A DNA stretch of 10,934 nt from an uncultured bacterium (GTDB taxonomy: Bacteria; Hydrogenedentota; Hydrogenedentia; Hydrogenedentales; JAEUWI01). Below, piece after piece: positions 8,228 to 10,934 of the stretch. Under the pieces are notes generated by a model that was given only the letters and a program-made list of their open reading frames with translations, had not been told where the DNA came from and made no database searches. The stretch spans positions 1 through 10,934 of the forward strand of contig CAXBPH010000237.1 in NCBI GenBank assembly GCA_963977445.1, in the 5' to 3' direction. Position 1 is the first letter of the stretch; each line of letters begins with the position of its first letter. Made by a program: the position numbers and the translations under genes.

Positions 8228-8569
8228 CGTCATTCCCGCGCAGGCGGGATTCCAGTAGGTATACACGGTTTCTGTGTTCGCGCTACTGGATCTCCGCATT
8301 CGCGGAGATGACGGCAACGTGTCTTCATTTCGTGCGGCAGGCGGCGTTGGGTAAATCTACAGCCGCGCACGCAGGAATCCAGTAGGTATGCACGGTTTCT
8401 GTGTTCGCGTTACTGGATCTCCGCCTTCGCGGAGATGACGGCAACGTGCTTTCTTTCCATGCGGTACGCGGCGTTGGGTAAATCTACAGCCGCGCACGCA
8501 GGAATCCAGCGGGTATCATCGGTGTCTGTGTTCGCGTTACTGGATCCCCGCGTTCGCGAGGATGACGGC
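8228..8569. repeat. Tandem array of about 2.7 x 127-bp units built from inverted CGTC-tagged REP/dRS3-like palindromes
   Basis: The anchor GTGTTCGCG recurs at 8274, 8401 and 8528 (period 127). Units 8274-8400 and 8401-8527 differ at 15 of 127 positions by hand count. CGTCATTCCCGCGCAGGCGGGATTCCAGTAG (8228-8258) faces the inverted CTACTGGATCTCCGCATTCGCGGAGATGACG (8283-8313). Confidence 0.93.
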
Positions 8570-8676
8570 GCTTCAAAATATTCGCTGACAATAGGTTTTA
8601 AACTTTGTGTCCAATAACTCTTAGAAAAATCCAGAATATGCTGAATGGTAGTAAAAAGAACACAAGAACTCACCTC

Positions 8677-8703
8677 TTCTGTGCTCTCTGCGTTCTCTGT
8701 GGT
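8677..8703. repeat. Short tandem repeat, 3 x 9 bp (TTCTGTGCT-CTCTGCGTT-CTCTGTGGT)
   Basis: Three imperfect 9-mers read directly from the sequence; the minus strand reads ACCACAGAG-AACGCAGAG-AGCACAGAA. Confidence 0.65.
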
Positions 8704-8752
8704 TGAAAATCCAATAGTCTCAAAATTCGTGGTGCAACAAACCCCACAGCAC

Positions 8753-10933
8753 CTACTCCACATAGATAAACTCATTGGAATTCAGCAAAACATGACAAAG
8801 CGATTCCAGGGCCCGCCGGTCCGCCATGCTGGCATCGGCCACTCCAAAACGCTGGGCCTGATCCGCGAGGTGCACCGTGGACATCTCCGTTTCCCGTGCG
8901 GAGGGTTCCCGTCCCAGGGCCAGCCTCCACGCCAATGGGACACGCCCTTCCGCTGCCCCGCTCTCCGCCATCACCCGCTTTGCCAGTGCTTCGCTCCGCT
9001 CGTGGGCAAAGGCATTATTCAACAACGCGAGGGCCTGTGTCGGGGCAATCGTCACATCCCGCTGAGCACAGGGCGAAATCGTGTCGGAAAAATTGAAGGT
9101 CGTCATCATGGGCGACAGCAGGCTTCGCGCGCTATACATATAGAGGCTGCGTCGGTGTTGCTGCTGCGCCGGAGACGCTTGCCAGGCCCCGTCCTTTCTC
9201 GACAGACCCTCCAGAGCGTTGGCCGGGACCGTAGCCTTGAAGCTTGGCCCCCCCATGGTCTCATCCAGTTCACCGGAGACAAAGAGCATGGTGTCGCGCA
9301 GGGCCTCGGCGGTCAGGCGACGGCGCTCCCCGTGCCAGAGCAAGAGGTTTGACGCGTCGCGCGAATTGTACTCGTCCTGATTCGGGTGAACCGTGGCCTG
9401 CTGGTAGGTCTGGGACATCAAAATCATCTTGTGCAGGGGCTTCATCTTCCAGTCCCCGGCCACCAGTTCGCTGGCAAGCCAGTCGAGGAGCGCGGGATGG
9501 GTCGGCAAATCACCTTTATAGCCAAAATTATTGGGCGTGCGCACCAATCCGGCACCGAAATGATGCTGCCACAGACGGTTTACCAACACGCGAGGCGTAA
9601 GGGGATTTTCGGGTTCGACAATCCATTGGGCCAACTGCAAGCGGCGCTTCGTGGTGCGGGCGTCTTCAGCCGGTGGAACAAAGGTGGTATACAGGGCGGG
9701 CACCGCCGTGGGCACACCGGCATCGACGATTCCTTCGGGTTTATCACGCTCCCCATTTTTCAGCAGGTGAAGGGGCTCCGGTTTCGCCGAAATATCGGTC
9801 CAACCCAGCACATTTTCATAACCCAACTCGCTGGCCGTGGGTCCCCCCTGTAAAACGGCGGCGCCCCGTGGATTAATCGCGCCGGGCCAAAAGACCGCCG
9901 CCATCGCGTAGTAATCCGTCTGCGGAATGGGGTCAAATTTGTGATCGTGGCACCGGGCACATTTCACCGTGAGGCCCAGGAAGGCCGACGAGGTTACATG
10001 GACCATATCCTCCAGGCGCTCGTATTTGTAGTCTTCCTGGTCGTTGGGTTCGTCATTCCACGTCCCCATGCGCAACATGCCTGTTGCGACGACGGTGCGT
10101 TCGGTACGGTTGGGTATTTCGTCCCCCGCGAGCTGCTGCACCACGAATTCGTCATAGGGCAAGTCGTCGTTGATGGCATCCACGACCCAATCGCGATAGC
10201 GCCAGGCATAGGCCTTTTCCTGGTCACGCTCGTAGCCACAGGTTTCGGCGAAGCGCACCAGATCGAGCCAGTGGCGTGCCCATTTCTCGCCAAACTTCGG
10301 CGAAGCGAGCAAGTCATCCACCACCCGCTCCCAGGCATCTTCCCGAGGGTCAGCGATGAAGTCATCCACCACGTCCGCCGTCGGAGGCAACCCAATAACA
10401 TCGTAATAGGCGCGACGTATGAGATCCCGCCGACTCGCCTGGGGGGCCGGCTCCATATGGGCCCCTTCCAATTTCGCAAGAACAAAGGCATCGATGGGAT
10501 TACGGACCGCTTCCGTGTGCGCCACCTCTGGAACAGCCGATCGTACAACCGGCTGGAGGGACCACCAATCGCGACCACCGCGCACATCAGTAGAGGATTC
10601 ATAGAGGTCCAGCGTCCGGCCTTCGGGCCAGGAGGCGCCCGTCTCGATCCAACGGCGCAACAAGTCGATTTCGGCGTCCGCCAACTTTTTAGAAAGGCCC
10701 TTCTCCTCCGGCGGCATCTCCCCCTTGGTAATCAGGGTGATGAGCTTACTCTCTCCCGGGACACCCGGCACGATAGCCGGACCGCTCTTCCCGCCAGCCA
10801 GGGCACCCGCGCCATGGGCCAGGACGAGGCCGCCGGACGGATCCCGTTCCTGATGGCATTCGAGACAACGTTTCACGAGGAGTGGCGCGATCTCGGCTTC
10901 AAAATCGGGCGGAGTGATGCCTTCCGCATTTAC
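8753..10933 (-). CDS. Planctomycete cytochrome c + DUF1549 (PSCyt2) + DUF1553 (PSD1) protein, 5'-partial
   Basis: The frame stays open past the ORF-track start to the window edge (VNAEGITPPDFEAEIAPLLVKRCLECH). Heme motifs CLECH and CARCHDHKFDPI. DUF1549 motifs NPIDAFV, GEKWARHWLDLVRFAET and AWRYRDWVV. DUF1553 motifs NPLTPRVLVNRLWQHHFG.GLV.TPNNFG, PTHPALLDWLA, RRLTAEALRD and LLNSNEF.Y. Confidence 0.95.
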   Translation of the reverse strand, partial: VNAEGITPPDFEAEIAPLLVKRCLECHQERDPSGGLVLAHGAGALAGGKSGPAIVPGVPGESKLITLITKGEMPPEEKGLSKKLADAEIDLLRRWIETGASWPEGRTLDLYESSTDVRGGRDWWSLQPVVRSAVPEVAHTEAVRNPIDAFVLAKLEGAHMEPAPQASRRDLIRRAYYDVIGLPPTADVVDDFIADPREDAWERVVDDLLASPKFGEKWARHWLDLVRFAETCGYERDQEKAYAWRYRDWVVDAINDDLPYDEFVVQQLAGDEIPNRTERTVVATGMLRMGTWNDEPNDQEDYKYERLEDMVHVTSSAFLGLTVKCARCHDHKFDPIPQTDYYAMAAVFWPGAINPRGAAVLQGGPTASELGYENVLGWTDISAKPEPLHLLKNGERDKPEGIVDAGVPTAVPALYTTFVPPAEDARTTKRRLQLAQWIVEPENPLTPRVLVNRLWQHHFGAGLVRTPNNFGYKGDLPTHPALLDWLASELVAGDWKMKPLHKMILMSQTYQQATVHPNQDEYNSRDASNLLLWHGERRRLTAEALRDTMLFVSGELDETMGGPSFKATVPANALEGLSRKDGAWQASPAQQQHRRSLYMYSARSLLSPMMTTFNFSDTISPCAQRDVTIAPTQALALLNNAFAHERSEALAKRVMAESGAAEGRVPLAWRLALGREPSARETEMSTVHLADQAQRFGVADASMADRRALESLCHVLLNSNEFIYVE

Positions 10934-10934
10934 A

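Noticed and set aside
8341..8480. Integron attC sites (GTTGGGT fits GTTRRRY, and the unit length is in the attC range)
   Set aside because: There is no matching RYYYAAC inverse core on the same strand, no cassette ORFs between units and no integrase. The copy at 1-103 lacks the GTT.
8228..8569. CRISPR array or guide-RNA array with unique spacers
   Set aside because: The segments between conserved blocks are homologous to each other (about 88% unit identity) rather than unique spacers. The period is 127 bp and no cas-like gene is present.
8228..8569. Strand assignment of the repeat from G-U wobble bias
   Set aside because: Palindrome stems (17-36, 8544-8563) favour the minus strand, but the linker hairpin and outer arms favour the plus strand, so the signal is inconsistent.
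8410..8775. 121-aa minus-strand ORF in the gap
   Set aside because: It overlaps the DUF1553 3' end, and much of it is translated repeat DNA (TTENAESTE, RWIPACA, VISAKAEIQ). The 127-bp period is not a multiple of 3.

Overview
GC-rich bacterial window with a Planctomycetes/PVC-like gene repertoire; the taxon cannot be fixed from sequence alone. It holds seven protein-coding genes: a secreted arylsulfatase with an atypical active site (-), a divergently transcribed MATE transporter (+), a probable lipoprotein of unknown function (+), a LysE-family exporter (-), and a minus-strand cluster of a 5'-truncated cytochrome c/DUF1549/DUF1553 protein, a Tat-type DUF1501 protein and a secreted GHL10-like glycoside hydrolase. 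The most unusual structure is non-coding. A 727-bp, largely AT-rich gap (8026-8752) separates the usually adjacent DUF1553 and DUF1501 genes. It carries a tandem array with an exact 127-bp period built from CGTC-tagged (dRS3-like) palindromes plus extra hairpins. A further copy of the unit sits at positions 1-103, exactly 8400 bp away in the same orientation. No transposase, integrase, Cas gene, tRNA or rRNA is visible.
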